Positions 18,765-29,133 of a stretch of 64,000 bases of DNA are shown here, in pieces. The notes under the pieces are model-generated. The model made no database searches, was not told the origin of the DNA, and saw only the letters and a program-made list of their open reading frames with translations. The DNA comes from Candidatus Woesearchaeota archaeon (GTDB lineage Archaea; Nanobdellota; Nanobdellia; Woesearchaeales; SM23-78). Numbering within the stretch: the stretch's first letter is position 1; every line of letters starts with the position of its first letter. The stretch is from the NCBI GenBank assembly GCA_016932315.1, contig JAFGDD010000014.1, forward strand, positions 1,924 through 65,923, in the 5' to 3' direction. The translations under genes were made by a program, and so were the position numbers.

Positions 18765-19262
18765 TTGTTTCCCTGCCTAGTCAAAATGGAACATAAAGAC
18801 GAAAAGAAACCAATAGTAAGGACAGACCTTCACGTGTATGTCGGCGTTAGACAATCGAAGAGTGACCTTTCTCAAAGTCACGACATCATTATTGCCAAAT
18901 CTTTAGAAAGTGCAATTAATAAAATCCTAGAAGATGATAGAAGTTTAGCAGAAAGAACTGGAATAGTAAGAGACGCGTTCTTGGCTAAAGAAACAAAACG
19001 CATTGAAAGATATTTTCCAGGTTACAAATTCACTGTTCGAGATGTAAGTGATTGCTTTGTTTACGAAACAAGCAAACTAAAAATTTTTACAAGCGAAGAA
19101 GTATTTCCAGAAATTACTGTAGCTTCTTCATATAAAAAGGCTTATCAAAAACTTGAATCAGGAGCAATTGAGGCAAAAGGCATATTGTTTCCTTCAGATG
19201 TAGGCTTTATAGCGCGGATTGGCCCTTATGATATATTCATTACAAGAAAGAAAAATTCTTAA
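18765..19262 (+). CDS. Hypothetical protein
   Basis: ORF only; the start may be the ATG of MEHKD. Confidence 0.6.
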   Translation: MFPCLVKMEHKDEKKPIVRTDLHVYVGVRQSKSDLSQSHDIIIAKSLESAINKILEDDRSLAERTGIVRDAFLAKETKRIERYFPGYKFTVRDVSDCFVYETSKLKIFTSEEVFPEITVASSYKKAYQKLESGAIEAKGILFPSDVGFIARIGPYDIFITRKKNS

Positions 19263-19285
19263 TAGAAACATGCTACTAATTTAAT

Positions 19286-21118
19286 CTATTTTATTACATC
19301 CTTAGCTGCTTTAACTATTGCTTCTGCATTTATTTCTTCATACTTCATTAGCTCGTCCGGCTTTCCTGAACAGGGCATTTTCTTAACAGCCAAGCAACTT
19401 ATTCTTATCCCTGAATTATTGAGTTCATTGCTTATGGCTTCTCCTATTCCACCTTCTGGGTAATGGTCTTCGACGATGACTGCTTTGCTGCTGCTCTTCT
19501 TTATCTCCTCAATAAGTTTTTTTGCGTTCAATGGCTTGACGCAGTACAAGTCAATAATGCGTGCATTGATTTTTTCTTTTTGCAAAGCATCATAAGCCTT
19601 GAGCGCTTCATGAAGGGTTACGCCCGCACCTATTATTGCGACTCTGTCTTTTCTGCTCTCACGGATTACTTTGAAGCCGCCAACCACAAATTTTTCTTTG
19701 TTGCCATAAATGACTGGAGTTTTTGGCCTGCTCGTCCTGATATACTTGATTCCCTTGGTTTTTGCTGCTAATTCAACAATCTTTTCTGTGCTCACAGCGT
19801 CTGAAGGATAGAACACGATGCTGCCTGGCAATGCCCTGAACATGGATATGTCTTCCAGTCCCATCTGGCTGGCCCCATCCTCTCCAATGCTTACCCCAAC
19901 GTGGGAGCCGCAAATCGTCAAGCTGGCCGATGAGAGCGCTGCCATTCTTATCTGATCGTGCGCTCTTGAAAGGAATGCTGCGAATGTTGAGGCAAAAGCA
20001 GTGAATCCCTTGACAGAAAGGCCAAGGGCTATGCCAAGCATGGCTTGCTCTGCAATATAAGCCTCGATGTATCTTTCAGGCTTTGCCTTGGCTAATTTTT
20101 CTGAAAAAGTAGAGTTGCTTACCTCAGCGTCAGCTGCAATGATGCTGTCATCAGCCTTTGCCAATCTCACAAGTGCATTGCCGTATGCTTCTCTAGTAGC
20201 TACCATATCGTTAATCTTGTAGCTTGCAGGCTCAGGCTCGCCATTCTGAAGATGCTTAACATTAATCTTTAAAGGATGCTTTATAGTAAAGACAGGCATC
20301 TTAGCATCAGGTATTTCTTTCAAAGCCTGCATTAATTGCTCATGGTTCAAGGGCTTGCCATGCCATCCTTCCTTGTCCTCGAGAAAAGACACTCCTCTGC
20401 CCTTATAAGTCTTGGCAAGGATTATAATTGGTCTTTCCTTTACAGTGCGAACCTTTTGAAAAGCTTTTTCCAAGGCAACAACGTCATGCCCATTAACGCT
20501 CACAACCTCTGCTCCGAGCGCAGAGAACCTGCTGGCATAAGCTATCAAGTCATGGCCAAGCATTGTCTCTTTTGATTGGCCCAAGCGGTTAACATCTACT
20601 ATAACGCAAAGATTATCAAGCTTATAATGAGCAGCTAAGGATACTGCCTCGTACACAGAGCCTTCTGAAGATTCACTATCACCCATCAATACATAAGTGC
20701 GATAATTCCTGTGCTGAAGCTTAGCAGCCAAAGCCATGCCAACGCCAACAGCAGCGCCTTGGCCTAATGATCCGGTAGCTACCTTAGCCCAAGGAAAAGA
20801 CTTAGGTACTGGATGGCCTTCAAAAGGGCTGCCAAACTTCCTCAAAGACAATAAATCATCATTGACAGCGCCAGCATGGAATAATGCAGAGTAAAGAATT
20901 GGTGCAGCATGGCCTTTGCTGAGAACGAACTCATCATTATCAGGGTTAAAAGGATTCTTAACATCATAACTCATCTCAGAGAAGAAGAGGACGCTTATTA
21001 TTTCTGCGCAAGACAAGCAGGTTGTAGGATGGCCGCTGCCAGCAGCAGTAGTCATTTTCAACACGTCACGGCGCAAGACACTAGCGACGTCATTCAAAGT
21101 ATTAGCAAACATAAACAA
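19286..21118 (-). CDS. tkt: Transketolase (single-chain)
   Basis: SGHPT, LSKGHAAP, ATGSLGQG, GDSESSEG, GEDGASQ. Confidence 0.96.
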   Translation of the reverse strand: MFMFANTLNDVASVLRRDVLKMTTAAGSGHPTTCLSCAEIISVLFFSEMSYDVKNPFNPDNDEFVLSKGHAAPILYSALFHAGAVNDDLLSLRKFGSPFEGHPVPKSFPWAKVATGSLGQGAAVGVGMALAAKLQHRNYRTYVLMGDSESSEGSVYEAVSLAAHYKLDNLCVIVDVNRLGQSKETMLGHDLIAYASRFSALGAEVVSVNGHDVVALEKAFQKVRTVKERPIIILAKTYKGRGVSFLEDKEGWHGKPLNHEQLMQALKEIPDAKMPVFTIKHPLKINVKHLQNGEPEPASYKINDMVATREAYGNALVRLAKADDSIIAADAEVSNSTFSEKLAKAKPERYIEAYIAEQAMLGIALGLSVKGFTAFASTFAAFLSRAHDQIRMAALSSASLTICGSHVGVSIGEDGASQMGLEDISMFRALPGSIVFYPSDAVSTEKIVELAAKTKGIKYIRTSRPKTPVIYGNKEKFVVGGFKVIRESRKDRVAIIGAGVTLHEALKAYDALQKEKINARIIDLYCVKPLNAKKLIEEIKKSSSKAVIVEDHYPEGGIGEAISNELNNSGIRISCLAVKKMPCSGKPDELMKYEEINAEAIVKAAKDVIK

Positions 21119-21143
21119 AATCCCCTAAAATATTATTTTACTT

Positions 21144-21581
21144 TTATCTTTCTACTTTTCCTTTTATAAAGCCGATTATCTTGTGAGCCTCATTATCATC
21201 AACCAGTTGGTAAATAATCTCAACTGTTGCTTTGAAATCAGGGCCGGATATGCAATCCGTAGCATTGAACTGCTCCTTAGCCCTACTAGCAAATAATAAT
21301 GATGATGGCTGAACTGGGCAGAAAACCTCATCTTCAGATACCATTCTTATGTTGCTTATGTTAGCATCATCCCCCAGGTTGTTTATCAGATAAAACCTTA
21401 CCATGTCAGAGCTTATCTTGTAGTCAACACAATCCAAGCCCATCCCAATAGAGCACTGGGTCGGAGGAGCTGAAAAGTTAATAATGCCAAAATAAGATAA
21501 TGCTCCTATTGCTATTATTGTAGCTAATATAGCCCAGCCATAAGTTGCCAAGAATTCAACTGCAGCTTGTGCCTTTTTCAT
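21144..21581 (-). CDS. Archaeal type IV pilin
   Basis: Class III signal peptide MKKA-QAAVEFLATYGWAIL. Confidence 0.9.
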   Translation of the reverse strand: MKKAQAAVEFLATYGWAILATIIAIGALSYFGIINFSAPPTQCSIGMGLDCVDYKISSDMVRFYLINNLGDDANISNIRMVSEDEVFCPVQPSSLLFASRAKEQFNATDCISGPDFKATVEIIYQLVDDNEAHKIIGFIKGKVER

Positions 21582-21699
21582 AAAAAATCCCTCTTTAATT
21601 ATTATAACTAGCAGACAGGTTTATATTAATTTCGGAAAGGAAAAAGAAATATAAGAAAAAAAGAAAACAAAGAAAAAAAATTAAAAAATTTTATTGTAC

Positions 21700-22158
21700 T
21701 TATTCTGCCTTACCTGAGATTGAGCCTGTTGCGATATGAGTCTCTGTCTCGCCGCTCTTGAGATAGGTAATCTGCAGGTCTGCTTTGAATGTTGAGCCGA
21801 GACATGTTGCTGTTCCATTATTAGTCACGTTTATAGCTTGGCTCTTTTGACCATTTGAAAGGAACATCACGGCTCCAGCAACAGTACAGTCAGATGAAGC
21901 TCCTCCTGATGGTGTAATAGTTAATGATGTGATGTTTGCATCATTTCCTAAATTGTTTTGGAGGTAAAACCTAACTTGTGTTGTCGTTATCTTGTATTCC
22001 ACACAGCTGAATCCTCCTGTCACCATGCACTTGCTTGGCATGAACCTGTCAGGGCTTAATACTCCGAAGTACGCCAATGCTCCTATCGCTGCCAGAACTA
22101 CTAAAATTGCCCAACCATAAGTCATTAAGAACTCCATGGCTGCTTGTCCTTTCTTCAT
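21700..22158 (-). CDS. Archaeal type IV pilin, probably the major pilin
   Basis: MKKG-QAAMEFLMTYGWAIL; GAGGTGA RBS. Confidence 0.92.
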   Translation of the reverse strand: MKKGQAAMEFLMTYGWAILVVLAAIGALAYFGVLSPDRFMPSKCMVTGGFSCVEYKITTTQVRFYLQNNLGNDANITSLTITPSGGASSDCTVAGAVMFLSNGQKSQAINVTNNGTATCLGSTFKADLQITYLKSGETETHIATGSISGKAE

Positions 22159-22271
22159 CGTTTCTTCACCTCACACCTTTTTATGTGTATTTTTAATAAT
22201 TTATTATAATCCTCGTCTTTGTTGTTTATAAATCTTTTGGTGAAAAAACTTTCTGAGCCATATAATTTCTT

Positions 22272-22420
22272 CACTGGACAGCAGAGCTAACGCTTCAGGC
22301 CTTGTAATTGCTTCACTGGACAACAAAAACTTCGTTTTTGAGTCCACTGCCTAAGGCACTGGACAACAAGAGTGCGCTCTTGAGTCCATTGGCTACGCCA
22401 CTGGACATCCTTGCGTAAGG
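22272..22420. repeat. Tandem hairpin array with 42-43 bp period
   Basis: CACTGGACA at 22272, 22314, 22357 and 22399, with inverted GTCCA copies and hairpins between them. Confidence 0.8.
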
Positions 22421-22451
22421 CTTATAAGCTTGTATTCTCTTCTGTAATGGC

Positions 22452-23309
22452 ATGACAGAAAAAATTAATGAGGATAAAGCATTGGTTGTTTTTCAGGATA
22501 AGAAGATAAGGAGAACATGGCATAATGACGAGTGGTTTTTCTCTGTTGTGGATGTTGTTCAGGCTTTGACAGAGAGTGCTGATGCTAAAGACTATTGGTA
22601 TAGGTTAAAACAAAGAGAGGTAGAATCAAGCGGAATTGAACTATCGACATTTTGTCGACAGTTGAAATTGCCAGCAGAAGATGGTAAGCTAAGGGAGACT
22701 GATTGCGCCAACACTAAGAATATGTTCAGAATCATACAGTCCATTCCTTCTCCTAAGGCTGAGCCTTTCAAGCTTTGGCTCGCCAAAGTGGGCTATGAGC
22801 GCGTGCAAGAAATCCAGAATCCTGAGCTAGCTCAGAAGAGGATGAAAGAGCTTTACAAGGCCAAGGGTTATTCTGATGAGTGGATTGAGAAGCGAGTAAG
22901 GGGCATAGCTGTCAGGCAGGAGTTAACTGATGAGTGGAAAAAGCGCGGAGTTGATGAGAAAGTCGAGTTCGCAATCCTTACTAATGAGATAAGCAAAGCC
23001 GCTTTCGGAAAAACAGTTGAGGAATACAAGCAATTCAAAGGTTTAAACAACCAGAACCTAAGGGATCACATGAATGACTTGGAAATTATATTTACCATGC
23101 TTGGGGAGGCTTCTACAACTAAGATTGCTAAGGGTAAAAACGCTCAAGGATTCGGTGAGAATAAAGCTGCTGCTAAGAAGGGCGGGAGAATTGCAGGTGA
23201 TGCGAGAAAAAATCTTGAGTTAGAGTCAGGTGAAAACGTCGTAACTCCTGAGAATTATTTACATGAACAGGAGCACTTGAGAAGGAAAAGAATTCATCAT
23301 CGAAAATGA
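22452..23309 (+). CDS. Bro-N domain protein (prophage antirepressor-like)
   Basis: KIRRTW..EWFFSVVDVV, RIIQSIPSPKAEPFKLWLA, NLRDHM. Confidence 0.9.
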   Translation: MTEKINEDKALVVFQDKKIRRTWHNDEWFFSVVDVVQALTESADAKDYWYRLKQREVESSGIELSTFCRQLKLPAEDGKLRETDCANTKNMFRIIQSIPSPKAEPFKLWLAKVGYERVQEIQNPELAQKRMKELYKAKGYSDEWIEKRVRGIAVRQELTDEWKKRGVDEKVEFAILTNEISKAAFGKTVEEYKQFKGLNNQNLRDHMNDLEIIFTMLGEASTTKIAKGKNAQGFGENKAAAKKGGRIAGDARKNLELESGENVVTPENYLHEQEHLRRKRIHHRK

Positions 23310-23357
23310 GTCATAAACATTAATCTGCTTTTTCACTGCAAGTTATAAAAACAATTA

Positions 23358-24776
23358 TCAGAAGAATCCTGAGAACATTCCTTTTATCAGGATTGATGCT
23401 ATGGTGTAAAGGATGACGGATACGACTATGTATGACGGAATGCTGGATATGCCTTCTTTCACTCTGCCTTTTTTTATAACGCTTACAATAGCTGCTGATG
23501 AGAGCGATGATATTATGAGCATCAAGTAGGAGAATAATCTGAAGTCGCTTAATTTTATTGAGTTTCCTGAGAAGCTGAAAGCAAACATTGAGCTTGATAC
23601 TGTGCTAGTAGTGCCTAGCTTGCTGGTTATACCTTGAATTATAACTAATAATTGGGTTGCTAGCGCAAATAACACTGGCGCAGCTATTATGGTTGCGAAT
23701 ATTATGAAGATGACGTAAGTCGTAACATTAGCTGCCATTTCCTTCTTTAGAATCTTAGTCTCTTCTATATCAAGTGATATCTTGTTAAGCAAGTCTGCCA
23801 TTTCCCCTCCTGCAGCCATTCCCTCAAGCAGCAAGCTTATAGACCTCTTGATTGTCTTGGACTCATACTTGTCTGCAAAGTTGGTGAGCGCCACGCCAAG
23901 GTCTTCTCCTGCCATGGTGTTCTTGGCAACAGTCTCAATCTCTTTGGCTAATACTCCAAATCCAGGCCTTACAGCATACCAAAGAGCCCTGTCTATTGGC
24001 ATGCCTGCGCTTATGTTAGAGCTGGCTAATTGCAGGAAGTCAGGGAATACTTCCTCTACTGCCCTTGTTCTTCGGAATATCTTCATGTCTAGATAAAATA
24101 AATAGCCTACCCATATGAGAGCTAGAATCAGGAAGAATGCTGTAAGCCAGAAGCCAATGAGGAATATGAAAAGGTTAGCGAGCCCTTTGTGTGAGTAAAT
24201 GTTAAGTATTATAACCAAGGCAGTCAGGATTAGGCAGAGCACTATATCTATCATGAAAATCTTTTTTGCGGCCTGTTTGGCATCAGTGTTCTCAAGACCT
24301 GCCTTTTCCAAATAGTTCTGGAGGCTTATAACTTTGACAAATCCTCGTATTGAGAACTTCTTTTTCTTCTTCTTGAACAAGTCCTTGCTTTTCAGGCTCT
24401 TAAGCTGGTTGAATTTCTTACTGAGGCTCTTGTCTTTCTTTATCTTATCCTCAATCTCCTTTTCTTCCTGCTTGGACTTTTCTGCTGCCTTGATTCTTGC
24501 TTCTGCCTTAGCAATCTTAGTCTCATGCTTATCCTGCTTAGCATCTTTTTTTATTTCTGCCTTCTGTTTATTTTCCTTTTTCCAGAAAAACCATTTTTTC
24601 TTTTTCTCAACCTGAGCCAAAGCTGGCTGCTCACCTGATTTTTTTTCTAACTTTAATTCTTCTGGTTTTTGCTCTGCTTTTTCTTTTTCTTTTTCCTGCG
24701 TTCTGCCAGCTAGCTTGTCCTCTAATGCCTGCAACTCCTTTTTTTCTTTTTTATTCTTGAAAGGATTAAGGTTCAT
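23358..24776 (-). CDS. Type II/IV secretion system F-family (TadC-like) membrane platform protein
   Basis: VEEVFPDFLQL, GMPIDRAL, GGEMADLL; Lys-rich N-terminus. Confidence 0.9.
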   Translation of the reverse strand: MNLNPFKNKKEKKELQALEDKLAGRTQEKEKEKAEQKPEELKLEKKSGEQPALAQVEKKKKWFFWKKENKQKAEIKKDAKQDKHETKIAKAEARIKAAEKSKQEEKEIEDKIKKDKSLSKKFNQLKSLKSKDLFKKKKKKFSIRGFVKVISLQNYLEKAGLENTDAKQAAKKIFMIDIVLCLILTALVIILNIYSHKGLANLFIFLIGFWLTAFFLILALIWVGYLFYLDMKIFRRTRAVEEVFPDFLQLASSNISAGMPIDRALWYAVRPGFGVLAKEIETVAKNTMAGEDLGVALTNFADKYESKTIKRSISLLLEGMAAGGEMADLLNKISLDIEETKILKKEMAANVTTYVIFIIFATIIAAPVLFALATQLLVIIQGITSKLGTTSTVSSSMFAFSFSGNSIKLSDFRLFSYLMLIISSLSSAAIVSVIKKGRVKEGISSIPSYIVVSVILYTIASILIKGMFSGFF

Positions 24777-24828
24777 TTTACAAACTCAAATGTCTGATTG
24801 TATCGATAGTATCAAACTTTGTATCAAA

Positions 24829-25623
24829 TCATATCTCCATGGGCGGCCTTGCTGATTTTATTATTGCTAGGAACATTAGCTGGACAAATCCTACCATGCA
24901 CGCAACTATTATCAGGAATACCATTGGAAGAGTGAATCCCATGAAAGTAGATAATACTATGAGTACTGTTGTTCCAAGGCTCGGCACTATTACAGCCATC
25001 ATCATGTAAAACATAGCTAAGGGATTGAGTTTTCTGCCGTACTCCTTAACTGCAATCTGCTGCTGCCTCACAATCTGGTCCAGCACAGCATTCAATGAGT
25101 CAGCAACATCTGCTCCTGTGCGCATGGCATTGAGCACCTGCCACATCATTTTTCTGAGCTCAGGTGAAGGAGTAAGGGTAATGGCCTCATTAAGGGCGTC
25201 CTCCATGGTGGTGCCAAGGTTGACTTTCTCAACAATCTCATTAAAGAAAGGCCCTATTACATCATAATTCCTGCTCAGATTAACAAAAGCATTATACAAA
25301 GGAACTCCTGACTGCAGCTCAATTATCAGGAATCTGCCTGCAAATACTATCTCTTGGTTTATATTCCTCTTCATCTTCTCTATCTTAACGTCGACAAACC
25401 TCAGGAAATAAGCGAATGATATGAAGAATACGGGCAGGAAGAGCAGGAACACAGCCGGTTTCTTGACAAATGCAAAAGCAATTATTAATAAACTAAAGCT
25501 GAGGAATAGTGACGTCTGGAAAGTTTTCTTGACATAGTGCTCAGGATCCTCATTTATTCTGGCTCTTTCCAGCTTTAGTTTTAGCTCAGGAACATTCCTT
25601 GCCAGTATCTTAAAGAAACTCAT
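24829..25623 (-). CDS. Type II/IV secretion system F-family (TadB-like) protein
   Basis: SGVPLYNA, GTTMEDAL, GADVADSL; TM helices. Confidence 0.9.
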   Translation of the reverse strand: MSFFKILARNVPELKLKLERARINEDPEHYVKKTFQTSLFLSFSLLIIAFAFVKKPAVFLLFLPVFFISFAYFLRFVDVKIEKMKRNINQEIVFAGRFLIIELQSGVPLYNAFVNLSRNYDVIGPFFNEIVEKVNLGTTMEDALNEAITLTPSPELRKMMWQVLNAMRTGADVADSLNAVLDQIVRQQQIAVKEYGRKLNPLAMFYMMMAVIVPSLGTTVLIVLSTFMGFTLPMVFLIIVACMVGFVQLMFLAIIKSARPPMEI

Positions 25624-25711
25624 CTCCTAATTGCACCCCCTCTTTGATATGATTGTAATATGATTAAAAAAAATTTGAATGATAATTTGAATGATAACAA
25701 ACTGAACAAAA

Positions 25712-27295
25712 TCATTCTGTGAACTTCTTATTAGCGTTTACATACTTCATTATTAAATCCTTGTCAGTATAATATTCTGCAATTATCTTTCCTACTTCAT
25801 CAACATTTGTGATTTCGTTCTTTACAAGATAATTAAGCACCTTCTCCTTGTCTTTCAAATCACGCTTCATCTCTGCGTCGCTCATGCCTGTGAATAGCTT
25901 GATAGTCTTGAATAAAGCCTTGGAAGGGTTCTTCTTAACCAATGTGTCTTTTTTCTCATCGTACATCATTAGAGTATTGGCAGTTGAATCATTAAGTATT
26001 TCTGCAATCTGGAAAGTCCTTCTCTTGCCAGTCCTCCTATTCCTGAACTGCACAACAATTAAGCTGATAGCTGGCAACAATATTTTTGGGACATCAATAG
26101 GCGGGTTGGTAAGCCTATCAATGGTTTGCTCTGCATTGTTAGCGTGAAAAGTAGCATAAACAGAGTGGCCGGTGTGAATGGCTTCAAACAGGGTCTCAGC
26201 CTCCCTCTTCCTTCTCACTTCTCCTACGAGAATCCTATCAGGCCTCATCCTTAAGCTGTTGACGAGCAAGTCTTCCATTGATATTTCTCCCTTGCCCTCT
26301 GCATTTGCAACTCTTGTGTTCATTGGCACCCAGTGCAGGAATTTTGGCAGTCTTATCTCCCTAGTATCCTCAATACTTATGATTCTCTGGTTTGGCGGGA
26401 AAAAGTCAGCAAGGCAGTTAAGCGCAGAAGTCTTTCCGCTGGCAGTTCCTCCTGATATTATCGCGCTCATCTCATACTGCATAGCCATCCATATTATGGC
26501 AGCTGCTTCCACTGAGATGGTCTTGGTCTGGATGAATTTTGTAATAGTCCAAGGATCTCGTGAGAATTTCCTGAAAGTGAGTGTGTTGCCATAAGTGCTT
26601 ATAGGCATTAGTGTTGCATTAACTCTATCGCCTTCTTCAAGGTGGGCGTCAAGCAAAGGCTCGAGCACAGTAATCTGCCTTCCTACTTTTCTACCAATAA
26701 TGCTGGCATAATGCCTGGTTTGCTCCTCATCCCTGACAAACACATTGGTCTTAAGCCAGCCGTGCCTTCTGTGATAAACCCATATTGGCTCTGTAGCGTC
26801 ATTAACAACAACTTCCTCAAGTTGATGATCATTCATAACAAACTCGATCATCCCAAGCCCCAAACTCTTTGTAAGCAAGTAGCTTGTAAGGAATCCCTTG
26901 GTCTCCTCGTCAAGGTCAGGAAAGTACTTGTTGATAAGGTCGGCAATTGTTTCCTCGAACTGGCTCTCAATCATCTGAGTCTTCTTAATATCAGTCAAGT
27001 CCACCATTTCAAGGTTGACAGCCTTGATAAGCTCCTGCCTAATCCTTTCTAGCATGAATTCTGTAGTCTTAGAAATGCTTGCAATACTGACCTCATAAAG
27101 TGGGACAAACTCTCCTTTCCTCTTAACTACAGTCACCTTTATAGGCACATTCTTAGCCTGATATTCATAGCTATCTATAAGCTTACCCTCACCAGAAGAG
27201 TCTGTTGTAGATGCAGCATCCTTTTCTTTTGCTTCAGAAACCTTTCTCTTCCTTTCTCGCTTAGCTTTCTTCTTAGTAGCCACTAAAAAACCCAC
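25712..27295 (-). CDS. Type IV pilus assembly ATPase (CpaF/TadA/VirB11 family)
   Basis: GGTASGKT, SIEDTRE, LRMRPDRILVGEVR, HTGH. Confidence 0.95.
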   Translation of the reverse strand: MGFLVATKKKAKRERKRKVSEAKEKDAASTTDSSGEGKLIDSYEYQAKNVPIKVTVVKRKGEFVPLYEVSIASISKTTEFMLERIRQELIKAVNLEMVDLTDIKKTQMIESQFEETIADLINKYFPDLDEETKGFLTSYLLTKSLGLGMIEFVMNDHQLEEVVVNDATEPIWVYHRRHGWLKTNVFVRDEEQTRHYASIIGRKVGRQITVLEPLLDAHLEEGDRVNATLMPISTYGNTLTFRKFSRDPWTITKFIQTKTISVEAAAIIWMAMQYEMSAIISGGTASGKTSALNCLADFFPPNQRIISIEDTREIRLPKFLHWVPMNTRVANAEGKGEISMEDLLVNSLRMRPDRILVGEVRRKREAETLFEAIHTGHSVYATFHANNAEQTIDRLTNPPIDVPKILLPAISLIVVQFRNRRTGKRRTFQIAEILNDSTANTLMMYDEKKDTLVKKNPSKALFKTIKLFTGMSDAEMKRDLKDKEKVLNYLVKNEITNVDEVGKIIAEYYTDKDLIMKYVNANKKFTE

Positions 27296-27517
27296 CTCTT
27301 TTCCTAGCCAGCACAGTAATTATAATATGAATAATCTGCTCTTAACTAACTAACCTTACGTTATGAGAAAGTATATATAAATATTACTATTAAATCTTAT
27401 TATTTAAATTATTAATTGGTTACTTGAGAGAAATTCTGTGCCTGTTCGCATTCAAATAACAGAGAAATTCTCAGATGAAACAATAGATGAAACAAGCTAA
27501 ACTAAACAAGTAAAGAA

Positions 27518-28678
27518 TTAATCCTTTCTGCTTATGTACTCTGTTAATTCATCAACTTTCTTAACGAACGAGCCTTTCTTCTTATCAAGCTCATCAAAGC
27601 TCTTCTCCAAGTCCTTGGTATAATTTTTAACATCACTGCTCTTAAGCGAGAGGTTGAAGCTCTTGGCTTTGCTGATTAATGCCTGCATCGCCTTCTCCAA
27701 CTCCATTTTGTCCTTGTCTAAATCATTAATAAGCTCCTCTGTCTTAGCTTTTTTATCAAAGAAAGTCTTGAATTTCTCAGATGCTTCCATGCTCTGAAGC
27801 CTATACTTATCAATCTCCTTGTTCTTAGCAGCAATCTTCTTGAGTACAGACTCCTGTACTGCAAGAATTTTGTCCTCCTTTTCCTTTGCAGCCTTCATTA
27901 CAGGCTCGAGTTCTGAGCTCATCCTTAACTTCAAGTCCTTCTGCAGCTTGTCCGCTTCCTTAACATCAGTGTTCATCTTTAGGAGTGACCCCCGAATGCT
28001 ACTTTTCTGAGCTAGAATCTTATTATCAATGGACTTAACGATCTCCTGCAAAGCATCAATTCTCTTCCTGAGGTTATCACCTCTTTTCTCTAAATAGCTC
28101 ATCTCAACCTTTGCTTCCTCGATCTTTGAACGTTCAATGCCAAGATCATCCATGTAATCATCATACTTTTTCTTCTGCTCATTAATCTGTTTACGGACAT
28201 TCTCTATCATGTCCTGAAAGTCAAGCCTCTGCTGGATTATGTCCTTGTCAATGTTCTTCTTCAAGTCCTCATAATGCCTTAATTCCTGTAACTCCTCTCT
28301 TACCTGGTCAATGTCGCTGCCAATTGATTCCTTAAGCTTGCCAAACTCCTCTTTTATTTTGTCCAAGCCTTCAGATTCCCTTTGCAAGGATTGCAGTGCA
28401 GTCTCAACCTTTCTTGTGAAAGCATCCTTCTTAGAAGAGTACTCTTTTGCTTTCTTCTCAACTTCTCCTTTGGAAAGCTTTCTCTCGCAAAGATAAGTCT
28501 TGCTAAGCTTGTACTCAATTGTTATTAAGCCCTCATCCTCAAGAAAATCAGCCCATTCCTGAACCACAGGTAGGCTAACACCGAGCTCAGAAGCAGCCTC
28601 GTTAATGCTCACTCTTTGGCGCCGGTTAATCAGGTCAACCAGCTTGTCAACGCCAGTCTCAATGTTCTTCTGAGCCAT
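27518..28678 (-). CDS. Coiled-coil protein with N-terminal winged helix
   Basis: IETGVDKL..ELGVSLPVVQEWADFLEDEGLI followed by heptad-rich sequence. Confidence 0.75.
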   Translation of the reverse strand: MAQKNIETGVDKLVDLINRRQRVSINEAASELGVSLPVVQEWADFLEDEGLITIEYKLSKTYLCERKLSKGEVEKKAKEYSSKKDAFTRKVETALQSLQRESEGLDKIKEEFGKLKESIGSDIDQVREELQELRHYEDLKKNIDKDIIQQRLDFQDMIENVRKQINEQKKKYDDYMDDLGIERSKIEEAKVEMSYLEKRGDNLRKRIDALQEIVKSIDNKILAQKSSIRGSLLKMNTDVKEADKLQKDLKLRMSSELEPVMKAAKEKEDKILAVQESVLKKIAAKNKEIDKYRLQSMEASEKFKTFFDKKAKTEELINDLDKDKMELEKAMQALISKAKSFNLSLKSSDVKNYTKDLEKSFDELDKKKGSFVKKVDELTEYISRKD

Positions 28679-28758
28679 AAAAAACCTCTTTTTTAACCTT
28701 AATTCCAGCCATTATTTTTGTGGGTATAAAAACTTTTCTAAAAATTAAACTGTGTTAA

Positions 28759-29097
28759 TCAAAATCGAATTAGATCCTTTATTTTTGTCTTCCCAACAAA
28801 TCCAACAGGCAGCTCAATCACATACATCGCCTTGGCTTTTGGCAAGTAGTAGCTGAAGGGCTTGAAATCTTTTTTTATGTCAACTACTTTCTTGTTCTTA
28901 TCAAGGAAAAGAACATCAATGGGAAAAAATACAAAGAGCATGTGAAGGTCTGCCCTCCTCTCATTGTTAAAAATAAAAACTAGTCCGTAGTCTGGCTTCT
29001 TGAAATGAAACATCAAGCCAAAAGCTTTTGAGAATACGTCCTTACACAACTTTGACTTTTTTACTATTATGAACTTGCATGTTTGGTTAATGATCAT
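28759..29097 (-). CDS. DUF192 family protein
   Basis: GLMF, HMLFVFFPIDVLFLD, YVIELP. Confidence 0.9.
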   Translation of the reverse strand: MIINQTCKFIIVKKSKLCKDVFSKAFGLMFHFKKPDYGLVFIFNNERRADLHMLFVFFPIDVLFLDKNKKVVDIKKDFKPFSYYLPKAKAMYVIELPVGFVGKTKIKDLIRF

Positions 29098-29133
29098 TTT
29101 TGATTGACGGAAATTCTTTCAAAACTCTTTCTT

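Noticed and set aside
22272-22420. CRISPR array
   Set aside because: The repeat is only 9-12 bp, the intervening sequences are related hairpins, and no cas genes are in the window.
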